64,000 nt of DNA from Tubiluchus corallicola. Taxonomy: Eukaryota; Animalia; Priapulida. The position numbers were made by a program, and so were the translations under genes. A model generated the notes under the pieces. That model did no database searches, was not told the DNA's origin, and saw nothing but the letters and a program-made list of their open reading frames with translations. Positions 41,566 to 53,670 of this stretch are shown here, piece after piece (positions within the stretch are counted from its first letter, which is position 1; every line of letters begins with the position of its first letter). Location: positions 16,281 through 80,280 of the forward strand of contig JAQGDQ010000268.1 of NCBI GenBank assembly GCA_030141605.1, written 5' to 3'.

Positions 41566-41865
41566 TGTATGTAGTGAGGGCCTTGGAATGATTTTATTAC
41601 GGTGAAGGTTGGGTTGGTGCTCAATGAATGGGTGACTGTTTTACAACGCTGAGCTGACATTGGATTTGATAAGTTTTACAGCGTAAATCAAGTTGATCAA
41701 CTTTCGCTGTATCTATCTGTAGACCCCTGTAGTGTCAGATACTAATTTTTTTCTATTGTATTCAGTTATTTTTTCCAGCGTTGTGTGAAATTTCTGACAA
41801 GTTTTGTCGGGAATCTATACTTAATGATAGCAAGAAAACAGCGCGAAAGTACAACATATTTCATA

Positions 41866-41910
41866 TCTAATCAGATACTCTTTGAACACACTGTGTCCAT
41901 CATCAGTTAA
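41866..41910 (-). other. Degenerate Penelope-type hammerhead ribozyme core
   Basis: Minus strand reads CTGATGA-T-GGACAC-AGT-GTGTTC-AAAG. The first box and a 6-bp stem II are intact; the GAAA box is damaged. Confidence 0.35.
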
Positions 41911-42122
41911 ATAAAAACGAAAAGAATGGATCTTAGTACTTCAAATAGAATGGAAAACCAATTAGAATAATGTTATAATAAAGAATTAGAACAAAGACAG
42001 TGGAACTGATGTTCCATTGGAATTTAAGCTGTGTTATCAAATTTTAATGTGCCAGTTTCCTTTTTTCTTAGAAAAATAATCATTAGATGACGATGAAAAA
42101 ATTTTAAAGTTAGTATTAGAAA

Positions 42123-42355
42123 TAGGGTGACCACACTGACCAGTGAGATTATTGTGGTCTGTTATAGCAGAATCTTCAGACACAATAATTTCTGTCCCAG
42201 TTAGCAGAGATGCCGTAATGGCTTCCAGTTTTTGTGATTAAGTGACACTTTGTTTTGCCATAGTAAAATTGCAGTTACTACACGAATATTTACATTTAGG
42301 ATATTGAAAATTCTGCCCAAATTATAAAGAGACACAATATTGTCTGGTCACTCTA
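42123..42355. mobile_element. hAT-type MITE
   Basis: TIRs tagggtgacca / tggtcactcta. No recognisable TSD. Confidence 0.6.
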
Positions 42356-43389
42356 GTTCTCGTTTCTGCTATATTGTTTGTTAAAAACCAAAGAAAGTTT
42401 ACACAGTAAATTTGACAACCCAATTTTAAATTCCATTCGAACAATATTCCACTGCGTTTGTTTTAGTCTTTTAGTTTGCATTATTTTTATTGTTTTTTTT
42501 TGCGTTCTGTTTAAAGTTGTCAGTCTTTTCATTTATCATCATCATTTTATTGGACCGAGGATGCACACAGCATGTACGGAAGCTAGCTGATTAAATTTGA
42601 AATGTGTTATATTTTCGTTGTTGTATGTTGTTTCGTTGCTGCCTTTATCAGTCGTTAAGTTGTTGGATCAGTAACAATATATTGTGTGGAATAGAAAAGA
42701 TAATTTCTTTTGTGATTTCTTAAAGTTTATTTCTTGTAAATGTATTTAAACATTTCCTAAGTTGTAGTCAAGCATCACATTAATGTCTGGCTTAACGAGG
42801 ACAAACAAAATTTAATTCATTCGCATCTCTTGCCAAACGAACCTCGCTGCGGGCATATTGAAAAAAATGACGAAAATTGGTGGACAGCAATCACAACTGT
42901 TGTGTAAAAGTGTTGTTGTTTAACTGTAATGCACAATGTCTACAATAAATTTAAATAAATAACCAGAAAAAATGCTTGGTTGACGCTTGCCCATTGGCTG
43001 TTTCAAGTTCAACTCAGTCAACTGTCAAATTGCTAATGCGACAAAAGTGTATCCTTCTGAATGGGACAAGCAGTATGTTTTTTTTAATAAAAACACGAAT
43101 TTTGTCGGCGTCATCCTTAATTCTAGTCTGTCTTTTTCAAAGCACATTAACCTCTGCATATATTTTACATATCAATGTACCTTTTCAAAGAAAAATTCTG
43201 GATGCAGCCTAGTTTTAAACGTGAAAATACACATTACTAATGATTTTTTAACACACAAATGTGTTAACTTTATGTAATCCAAGTCGCGGGACAAATTTAT
43301 TAGTGCAGGTTTTTGCTAGCAATAATGTGAAACGCTGTACATAAATACTCCTGTAAAATATTTATGCACTTGCTAGACTGACACGTCGT

Positions 43390-43521
43390 ATAACTTTATA
43401 GCGCGTTTTAGCAGCCGGAAACCGGCGGAAAACCCGTCCAGATACAAGCTGTGTTTTAGCTTGCATGCTGGAAGAAATGTAAACTCAGCGTCTGCCGGAA
43501 TTTCCGGCGTATAAAGAGTTA
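43390..43521. mobile_element. Short MITE with TTAA-type ends (piggyBac/Kolobok-like)
   Basis: taactttatagcgc…gccggaaa.ccggc at the left and gccggaatttccggcgtataaagagttaa at the right. Confidence 0.45.
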
Positions 43522-43793
43522 ATACACTTTAAACAGTGTTAGAAATGGTATAGTTTTTATAACTTCAGTTCATCATTTATCACGTCTGTAATATTGTCAA
43601 TAATAATTATCGTATTAATGCACATACAAATTTGTAGATATGTAATGTAATATTTTAGTATTTTTATTCTTATGGTTTTTAACTTAGACTAATTGACACA
43701 ATTACGCACATCAGTGTGTCACTAACTAGTTATACACCTATTTTTATGTGTGATGTAACTTTTTTACTCTGCACTAGTGTGTATATTATGTAT

Positions 43794-43801
43794 ACATACA
43801 C

Positions 43802-43836
<35 letters not shown>
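43794..43836 (+). repeat. (CA)n microsatellite
   Basis: Read directly from the sequence. Confidence 0.95.
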
Positions 43837-43839
<3 letters not shown>

Positions 43840-44311
43840 GTATATAATAAGGCTATAGCGGGTACAAAAAATAAACAGGCCGTGATCAGTAGAATAATTC
43901 TTGAACTTGTTGATCATGTCTTCAGCACCACATGTCTACACAATGTGTATATTGCTACGTTTGCATTTGTTTCAGTTAGCTTACACCACAGGCCTAGTGA
44001 AATTAAACAGAATTTTAAAACCGATAACGTATTTTAGCATCTTTTTGTAAATTTCTTGCGTCACTGTATCAAAATAAATTCGCAAAAAAACTCAGGATAG
44101 CCTGTGATTGCAACAGTTTATGTTACTCATGTGACGATGAAATAAATCACAAGAATGAATGCAAAAGAATGGAACTCAACCTACGCTTGAACCAGTCTTT
44201 TGGAACTACAACTCCGCTTACATAATGCCATAATCATTATTCATTACGCTATCCAACATCTTATGCATTATTATTTATGATGTTGGAATTGCCCGGTTGG
44301 AAAGAGTACAA

Positions 44312-44375
44312 CCGACAGTGCAACAGTCTGGAGCATCGTATTTTGCAACTAAAAAGCTGCGAGTTCGAATCCCCG
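44312..44375 (+). mobile_element. tRNA-derived SINE head (degenerate)
   Basis: B-box gagttcgaatccc at 44361 with an A-box-like stretch about 45 nt upstream. No intact cloverleaf. Confidence 0.45.
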
Positions 44376-46100
44376 TTAATGATGTCTGCGTTATGTTTCT
44401 TTGTATTATTTTCCAGTTCATACTGTTTGTACATTTTGCAAAATGCTTATATAAGGTTTTGCTAGCTTCTAAAAATATGCTAGTTTGTAGTTTCCTTAAA
44501 ATTGTTTTGAATGTGCTAATGTTAAAATGCGAAATTATTTTGCAATTGTCTGAAACTCGCTGATAAGTAATAACTGGGGAAGCAAATACTTGTGTGGTTA
44601 TGTTGTGTGAAAGGCTGATAAGAAAAGCAACACAGGACTTAGTTACGAATTAGCCTGGTGATTGGTCACTTGTCAAGAAATCATAGTTTTGAATGATATT
44701 GCTAAAACGAAATTGAATTCCTAAGTAATCAAGCATGACGAATTCAATGGGATTCACAAGTATGCCCTTCACAGTCTTGAGTTACGGAAAACTTGTGAAA
44801 AAGTGAGCACAACAGTACTTACTACAAAAAATTAACTACAAAATTTTGTTAACTGCAAAAAATTTTCATTTGAAAACTGCCACGTAAAGAATCTCCAGAA
44901 TCTTAACACAATTTTTGACACAGCCAAAAACGTCCTCTTGTTTCTTCTTAGAATCGAGCTAATAGTTATGAACAGTTGCTGATTGCGTAATTATTGTCAC
45001 TTATAAGTAATCACCTAGCATTGTGGTGATATTTTGTCTACAAGAAGAGTTTATAAATAACTTTATTACGTTAATCATTCACTATGACATGAAGCCACGT
45101 TTTAGCTGGATGGGCCGGTATCAGGGCCCTGGGAAGCCAGTCGTGTCACGTGTGTGAGAGGGACTGTTGTTATGGCATTATTGATCAGCATTGCGCTTGC
45201 AGCGCTAAATTCTGTACGGTTTCGGTTATTTCACTGTGACTCATGAATCCTTGTCATTGCATTAAAAGACGTTGCGATGTTCTGACAGAGATAAGAGATC
45301 AGGAGTGATTAATTTTGCGCAGAAGGGCCTTGCCCTGTGCTGAAGGTTGGTGACTACATATGACTAACACTGGTACTTGACATGTTTACATGTTTTACTT
45401 TCCTTGGATCTTGTCGTATAAAAAGACAATATTGAGCATCTTGCATTGGCCGTGAAATCACCATTTTTTCTTGCAAACAGGTGCAGTGGAAATAACTTCA
45501 ATTCAAATGAAATGAAAATTGGCATGAAAAGTAGACTTTTTAACAAATTTTTGATGTCAAGTCCATCTACGCGACAGTTAGTTTACACAAGAGATGACTA
45601 AAGCTTAGCTAACAAACCTTTACTATCTTGGGTTATCATTACATTGTATTACATCATTCGAAAATGTATAATACTGCTCCTGTGTCAAATACAGGAAATG
45701 TAACCTCCCAGTCACTGATCATCTGAGAAATGACACTTAGCGCGCGTGAATTACCTCAGCATCAAGTGCAAATATAAGTTTACCACTTATTTAGGCTTCC
45801 AACTTTTTGCCTGCCATTTGTACATCAATAACAAATATGTTCACATTCATTAATTACTTGTCATTGGCGCGCAAATGTCAACCACAAAGTTCAAAGCCTA
45901 AAGTGACTAACAAACCTTTATTGTCAGAGACTGTGTTAAAGTAAATTTAAGATCAGAAAAAGGTCCTAATGGGAAATTCGTGCTGAATGGTAAATATGCG
46001 GTAATGGGAAATACGATGAATTATTATTATTATTATATGCGTGTTTGATCGAAGAACCAAGTGGAACAATTTTTCTAGTGTTGGCATGATAACCCAAACA

Positions 46101-46157
46101 TGGAATTGAACCCACAAACTCCTCAATGAAAGCAAATACGCTATCCTCGTAGCTATT
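46101..46157 (-). mobile_element. tRNA-derived SINE head (degenerate)
   Basis: Minus strand atagctacgaggatagcgt…gtgggttcaattcca has an A-box-like and a B-box motif at tRNA spacing. Confidence 0.45.
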
Positions 46158-48949
46158 CCTAAGACATAGCACGTTTTGCTTACATTGAACTGCCACTTCC
46201 AAAAATCGCTAACTCTTCCCAGCTGAAGCCGACGACCTTGAGTTGGTGCTGCTAGTCATTCACCTCTAAGCCTGGGTTTCATCATTTCTTTGATTGCATC
46301 ACTTTCGTTATGTGAGTGCACGCTACACGCCATGGAGTGGGGCGTCAGTTCTGTTAAGTGAAATTGATTTCCAGCATCAATATTTTATTTTAACAACCAT
46401 ATGTGGCTTACACGCTTTCAAACATATCGCGGTGGCTTTGTTGTATCGTGGGGCATTTAGGTGAAATTAGAGGTGGTTTTTGTTCAGGTGGGGTTTTGGC
46501 GCGCATAGGGAATTTGTATGTTTATTCTGTATTTGCACCTGGCTGTTGGGACCAACCGTTAATTGGTTTTTCACTATAACGGTTATCGTGCAAGCGATAA
46601 AAGCTTGTACAGTTCATAAATCCTCCTCTGTTGTGTGCTAATCCAGCTTTTAACAACAATTCACATTACCAGTTGTATGAATTTGACTTCCTTGCAATGC
46701 GTTCGCTGTAGAAATGTTTTTAAAATTCTTTACCATGAAATTTTAAGTGCACATGTAACGTGTAATCATATAAACCTTGAATTAAAATTTATATACATGT
46801 ATATGTATATGTCCGCAACGGGTCTTAAGTATATAACTCTATAACTATTCATTAGATCTTAATCTTCATTACAGTTGCTTTTCGGGGTTTTACGGTCTTG
46901 CTGGTTAGTACACTTTCAGTTCAGCTTACCGGGAAATTTAATTCAGTTATTTGTAAACCTTTTTCCCAGTTTCTTTCATCACTGAATGCTGAACGAGATT
47001 TTATATTCGTATCAGTAAATGTTCTTTTAACTACGATAGGTCTGTCTGATTTTGTTTACTGCCGTTCTTTTAAATTCTATATCTTTTACAGAAATTTTAT
47101 TGTTAGATTTATGGTTGGCCAATAAACAAAATTTAAATGTAGAATTGCGTGAGGTGGACGATTGATTAGTTTAACATTTATAACAGTTGCTGCTGTGGCA
47201 AGGTTGGTTGAATATTGGGATGTTGATGAAAATGTAATGCGAAAATTAGTAGCGAAATAACCAAGGCTTCAAGGGTGCTGGAGAAGCAATACAACAAAAA
47301 CAGCAACCGACACAACAACCGTAACACAAAAACAGCAACAGGAACAACGGCAGCAGCAGCATCAATACGTAGTTGATATTAGTGGAACTCTTGGAATCAG
47401 TTAGTTTTTCTGTATCCATAATTTAAGTAGGTCTTTTACCGTGCTGTTTGTGTTTTTGGTACATCGCAGAATTTCGTAATTTTGAATTTAGTCTTGCATT
47501 TATTCATGATAACGCAATTTAAGGTGATATGGTTGACAGGTGTTGAAACTTTCGCTGCCGTCATTGCCTGTCCCTGTCCACGTGATAGTCACAGCTGTCA
47601 GTTCTGTTTTTACTGCCAAAATTACCGAGTACCTAAAGTGGTATACAAGCTTAACGGGATGGAGTACATGTTAATAATTTATGACAGAATCCTAACAGGC
47701 GGTATGACAGTTTGACACAGATGGTACCTGAACAGGTTGAAGCCCGCTCTTGTCTCTGGGCACGTGACAGTCCACATTTATTGACACATATCACAGACTC
47801 TAGGGGCAATGACAGCAGGGCGTTGTATTGTAATTAATATTAATGCAGCGTACGTCTATTTGACCACAATCTTATCGACTTGCACTGTGCAGTGTTTGCC
47901 AAGCCATGGCTTCTTATTCGTACACCTTCACGGCGGTGATTGTGACGGAAATGACGCTTTTCGCAGGCTTCATGTTATGTACACGTGTTTATTGGAATAG
48001 GTGGATAGGCGAAGATGGCAGTGTTCTGTGTTCAAACCGCTGCTGCCTCTCGGTTGCATTTGTTCGTTACAAACTTTATAAATGAATATCGTTTATTCGA
48101 TCCTGTTTTCATAATCAGTTTTCGACTTCCTACCTGTTCAGTGTTTGTGAATTATCGCTTGTTTGTATTCTGTTTGTGTGCTTATTTCATTGTTATTATT
48201 TCTTTATATACTTGTTATGATTTATTTGTTGCTGAACCACTGCACATGCGATCGTTTGAACAATAACTGTACTGCTAATAAGAATATATGATTTTAAGTT
48301 TAGTGTTTGTTTTTCACCTTGAAAATTAGATAAAATCAATTACGATATTGATACTATTTTTCAAAAATAGTTTCATACCTCTGTCATAATTAAGGAGAGG
48401 GCATTTCGTAGAAAATTGCCACAAGAAAATTAATCTGAAATCAATCAGTATCTGAACGAGCCTTCAAGCGTAACTTCATGTACCTTTGAACAGTGAGAAC
48501 TAAGAACGAAGAATTGCTGATTTTGGCAAGGTACCAAATTTTCTGTTGTCTGTAATTAAGAGCAAGTTGCCTTCTTGCATTGAATTTGCAGAGTAATTAA
48601 TTATAGCCCACATACGTATTATAGTGTTATTGTTTAAGGTGTTTCCCTTTAGGGTTCGTCTTAGTAATCAACCGAGTACAGCGAACGCTCTGCGAAGTTT
48701 GCCTCTTGAGGGAAAGTCGTATTTTCTCGCTTTCAGGCAATTCAAGAGCGGAGAGTTGTTATTAACTGAGACAAGTTAGCAGGCTGAATACCGCCGTGTT
48801 GTAAACTTGACAAAAGTGAAAACGTTTCATTGTCTCGTGACACATTTGTCCACTGACACAATTGTGTCATGTTCACTTTCCAATGTAATTAACTACACTT
48901 GAAGATTGGCAGAGATATAAGACCTGCTGGGTTATGGTCAACAGAAGAA

Positions 48950-49162
48950 GGTTCTTGTTAGGTTCTATGTTATTTTGTGGGTTATACTTTTTCTGTTTGT
49001 TGCTACAGTACAGGTTCTACTTTGTTTTGACTCTTTTACAACATGCAGGTTCTACTTGACTTTATTTTGTGGGTCTTTTTACTACACGTAGGTTCTACTT
49101 AATTTTTGAGTCATTTTACCACATATAGGTTCTACCTATGTTTGTGGACTTTACATGGGTAG
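48950..49162 (+). repeat. Degenerate minisatellite, ~35-50 bp units, 5-6 copies
   Basis: Recurring aggttctac…tttg…tttta.aca units. Confidence 0.8.
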
Positions 49163-50465
49163 TACATTATGAATGACACATTCGTATAAAGTTTCTGTTC
49201 CATACGATATGCATTGTAGCTGCCTGGTGTCTTTTGCTCCGCAATATGTAATAAATATCCCCGAATGTAATAAATTCAAAAAATTCTCGTTGATGCTACT
49301 AGTTTGTGTGACAGTGCCGCCTGTAAAACATCCTTCTTCAGCGAATAACCCTTAGCTACTCTGCCTTCAGTGATGTGGGCGGTACGTAGTAACGATCAAT
49401 GCTTGTTATGTTTTACTGGGTTAACACATCTCTCAATTGCCCAGTCTGGGATCTTCTGTTAACTAGTTATTTTCATGCATGTTTGTTGTGTCATAAAAAC
49501 CTGTTGATGATCTGGTAAAAATGTTCCATTACGAATTTACTGTTTAAGTCTATTTTTACACTATCTGTTCTTCGTCGGATCAATTTCGTAAAATTAGGTT
49601 TTGATCAGATGATTTCATTTTTGTTGAAAATGCCCTATTAAATAATAATTGTATGTGGGTGCGGTATTTTGGTTTTCACGAATTTTTCTGTTTGATAATT
49701 AATGGTTTCTTTTTTTTAAATCAAACGTACACTTCTTAAACATTATCAATTTATGGTGTAATAGTAATATATCAACAGAGCTATATCAAATTTTTTAAAT
49801 CCTAATGTTGCCGGCATACTTTAAAAAACTTTATTTTATTCTATGTATGGCTTCGTACGTTTTCAGCGTACAAGACGTGGTTAAAAGTTGTGGTTTGACA
49901 AACTATAAGCTTAATGAAAGCTCTGGTAACATCTCTTGACTAGTTTCGTGAGTCCAGTTGTATGTCGAAATGTAAGTTCCATTTTGCCAATAGATACCAT
50001 CAACAAAGGTGTTTATATCACATGGAATCCTTTCTCATTTTTTTATCTACAGCAAGTTTGCTGCAAAATCTCATTAATTGATTTTTAAAACTTTAATTAC
50101 AAATCAATGGCTGCAGAAATTCCTACCTTGGCGTTCCCATCTGCTTCTCTTAGTTTGTGTACTGAGACGCCATTCGACCACATCAGGAATATGAGTCATC
50201 ACTCTGGTTATTAATCAAGCTTGCATAGCTAATGAATACGTCCGTTGTTGTGGTGATGAGGACGCTACCATCTGTCCTGATGCAGCTGATGTATCTGAGG
50301 CTGAGGTCTTTGTGTGAAGAGAGGGGGGAGTACGCCACTTGCGTGTAATTACTGTATGCGTGTGTTTGGAAGTGTGTAATTGCTCCAGGAGCGTAGGGGA
50401 TTTTACTCACCGTTTTTCAACTTGTGGATACACTGTGTTTGAAATGTGAAATAGTACAAATCCAT

Positions 50466-50556
50466 GGCATAAACCCACGAATGTTGAATTTTGAAACTAA
50501 ACATATCCGTGATGGAATAAACCCACAACTGCTGAATTTTTAAACTAAACAGACTC
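50466..50556 (+). repeat. Tandem pair, 48-bp period
   Basis: gg.ataaacccac…tg.tgaatttt.aaactaaaca occurs twice. Confidence 0.7.
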
Positions 50557-53500
50557 GAATGAGAGGAAGTGTGAAAATGTTTTGACACACCTTGGACTTG
50601 AAATGGGCATTTTGCGAACATCTTGACCCATTACATTACCGCATATTTTAGTCACCGTTTTTTCAGGTGACATTTCACTGTAACGTTTCGTTATAAACGG
50701 TAGTGCAGGTCTTTGATCTGGAAACCTAATTCATCACTGACCGATGCACAAAATCTACATGCATGTATTATCATGCAAAAAGACTGCCCTTACATAGTTT
50801 AGTAGGCTGATGTTATGATATACGACGTAAAGCTTGTGTAACTTGCAATGTTTTTCTTGTTATAAAGAAACTTGCTTAGCCATTATGTAACATGCTGGAT
50901 AGGTGTTATTTATTGCATATTATAGAATATATTATGATGCGCCATACAAGCTCCAATGTACAGCAATAAACACATTACAGCAGCGGCAAAATGTGGCAGA
51001 TTTACTTGGAATTGCGAAATTCACTTCTGTTTTCGCCGTCTTGCCAAAAGATGGAGCTGCTAATCCTGACAGTACGTGCTTTCAGGCACGCTCGTCAGTG
51101 TGCTGCGTTCTGCCATTGCGTAATGCATGTTGATGTAAACTAGGCTAGATGAATCCCCGTGAATCCTAGATGAAACTGTACTTTGATCAAAATGCGTGTT
51201 TACACTTACGTTATAGCGAACGGGAGGCACGTCTTGACTGCACAGGGAGAGTTTTCTATTAGAGAAGGAACTCCAAATTGCGAATAAATATGCTTTGTTT
51301 ATATATTTCAATACAAATGCTAATATACGTAAGTGTGCTTATTTTAAAAGCCCAATGGAAATTTTTTTGTTAGTATCCTATTTTTTCTTTTGTGCGCATT
51401 TAATAAAGCTCTTTCCGTCTGCCCAATATAAGATATAGGTAATATGTCAAATGTAAATTTTATGATCCATCGAAGTAAGAAGTTTCACTTAATTAAAAAA
51501 GTAATTTGGTTTTATAAATTGCTTTGCTATGCTTACTTGTTTGAGTTGTTTTACATTGTACTATGGATGTAGAATGATGAAAAATGAGGAGACCGGAAGA
51601 GGAGGACTGTGACCTGAACTTTTCTTGCAAAGTGAACAATAATAAAAAAACTTCCTCCTCGTCTTTGCCTTTCATGAGACTGCCGGGAAACAGGAATAAT
51701 GATAGCCATTTGGTTTGGTAACTGTGTTTCATGCACAGTTTCAAGCACATGTCTAGGGTGAAATAATTATTAAATACATAAGCTAAATTTCCGTTTCTGA
51801 AAATGACATTAATGTCAGTAACTAATTGCGGTCACCTGCCGGGCGTGGAAGATAAACGCTTGTATTGGCAGGAATATGCATGCGGGATTGTAGTGCCGTT
51901 ATATTTGGCGGGAAATTGGGTTAGTGTAGCTGCTCTGTCGTTGTTGTTACAGTTGTAGTTGAGTACGCGCGAAAGAACAGATGTGGGCATTTACATGGAG
52001 TTCACCAGCTGCCCTCGTCGGTTCGAGATTATAGAGCTATGAAATTAATCGTAGCAAAACGCGCCTTTTTGCATTGTTCTTGAATGGTTATACGTAAAGC
52101 AATGTTGCAAAATTCCAAACAAACAGTTATGCACTGTAGCTTAGTTCAGTTTTGCATAATTGGAACTCAGATTTTAATATATGCTGACGCTGTAAAGTCG
52201 TGAATGCTCATTGTAATGCTGTAGCAAGCACTGTTTAGATTTTTCGCCATTTTAACGATTTTTTTTTTTGGAAATTTTTGTGGTGCTAAACCTGTGCGGA
52301 ACTGCATAGCTTTTATTCTTTTATAAAGAAGCATTATCTTGTGATTATTACGCAGTACAGGGATGTTATTTTAACTGCACAACGATTAACTTTCCAATAA
52401 CCGGGGTGCGACGCCTAGGATTTTCTGAGAGAAATAACTGATCTTTCTTACTGACCGCAAATAATAATTTAATAAATACGTCCTTTTTGAACTACTATAT
52501 TATTTTTAGCATTGTCTTTCTAGAACTGAGGTCCAGCTAACTAGTCGAGTCAGCATCCATACGAACATTGAAGCATTTTTGAACTTAATGAAAATCAGAA
52601 CTTTAGATCTGATCACTTAAAACATCATTGAAGATAAAGTATAGCACAAAAAAGCCTTCAACGATCCTCACCGATGCATGTTTCCATTTTTATTCACAAA
52701 CGTATTTTTTTTGAATAATGTAATACGTATATTATGTAATATATTTCACGTACGTGAATGTAGAACTTAAATTGTAGTTAATTGGTAGATGAGGTATCAA
52801 GCTTGCATATGAGTCAGTAAGTATGGTATGTGTAAGTTATCAACATCATTTGTGACAACTCTGGTGTTTATCATCATCAAGCTCATAACCCCGATGCTGA
52901 ACTCAAAAGAATAAATCTAATTAAATCCTGATACCTGTGTTTGTGGTGGCTTCCCGCCCGCATACCTATACAAATTTCATGGTCTAAATTAAGGTTAAAT
53001 GCTGCACATCATACTGGTCTATATTAAGGACATTAGGTCACTGTGCGTAATTTTCCATGATTGTCATATTCCTGTGAGGACTTGGACTGTATTTTCCTTC
53101 ATCCACCATCCCATCTTTTCTGTTCAGGCTTATGGTGCATTTAAACAATTTTTAGCTGACTGTGCTAGATTTCATCAAGTACATCAACATAAGCAAAATT
53201 TAGGAAGCTCACGGTTGTATTATTATTATTATTAGTAGTATTATTATTATGGAAGGCAGATTTATTGTTGATGTGATGGGCGTTCTGTCGAGTCTTATCA
53301 TAATTTTGACTTTTGACTGTTACAGTCAAATATATAACAGTCTTATGCTTAGAAATATACGACTGACAAGGTGCTATATATTCGCTTACAAAAGTAATAA
53401 AAAAAACGAAAGGTTCTGCACGCAGGTGTTTACCGTTTGCAGTGTTTATATCATTCAGTGCATTGCCCACCTGCCTGATTCATATAATATTATGAGCATT

Positions 53501-53670
53501 TGTGTTTGAATAAGATAGCATGTATGTTTACATGTATTATGTATGTACACATCCCGCTATCATAATTTTGGTGATCATAATATAGTGACATGATTGTGTC
53601 GACAGGCAAAGGGGTTCATTGTCTCGGTTCTCTTTTTTTCAGATTTTAATCAGCAATTAACAGTACATTA

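Noticed and set aside
44312-46157. Two tRNA-like A/B-box sequences as genuine tRNA genes
   Set aside because: Neither has an acceptor stem or anticodon arm, so they are treated as SINE heads.
48950-49162. Repeat-spacer pattern resembling a CRISPR array
   Set aside because: The context is eukaryotic, the spacers resemble each other, and there are no cas genes. It is a minisatellite.
50253-50305. GTGATGA…CTGA arrangement resembling a C/D snoRNA
   Set aside because: It is only about 50 nt, lacks a terminal stem, and has no rRNA complementarity that I could recognise.
51060-51105. Minus-strand CTGACGA…GAAA hammerhead-like boxes
   Set aside because: Stem II does not pair and there is no valid cleavage triplet.
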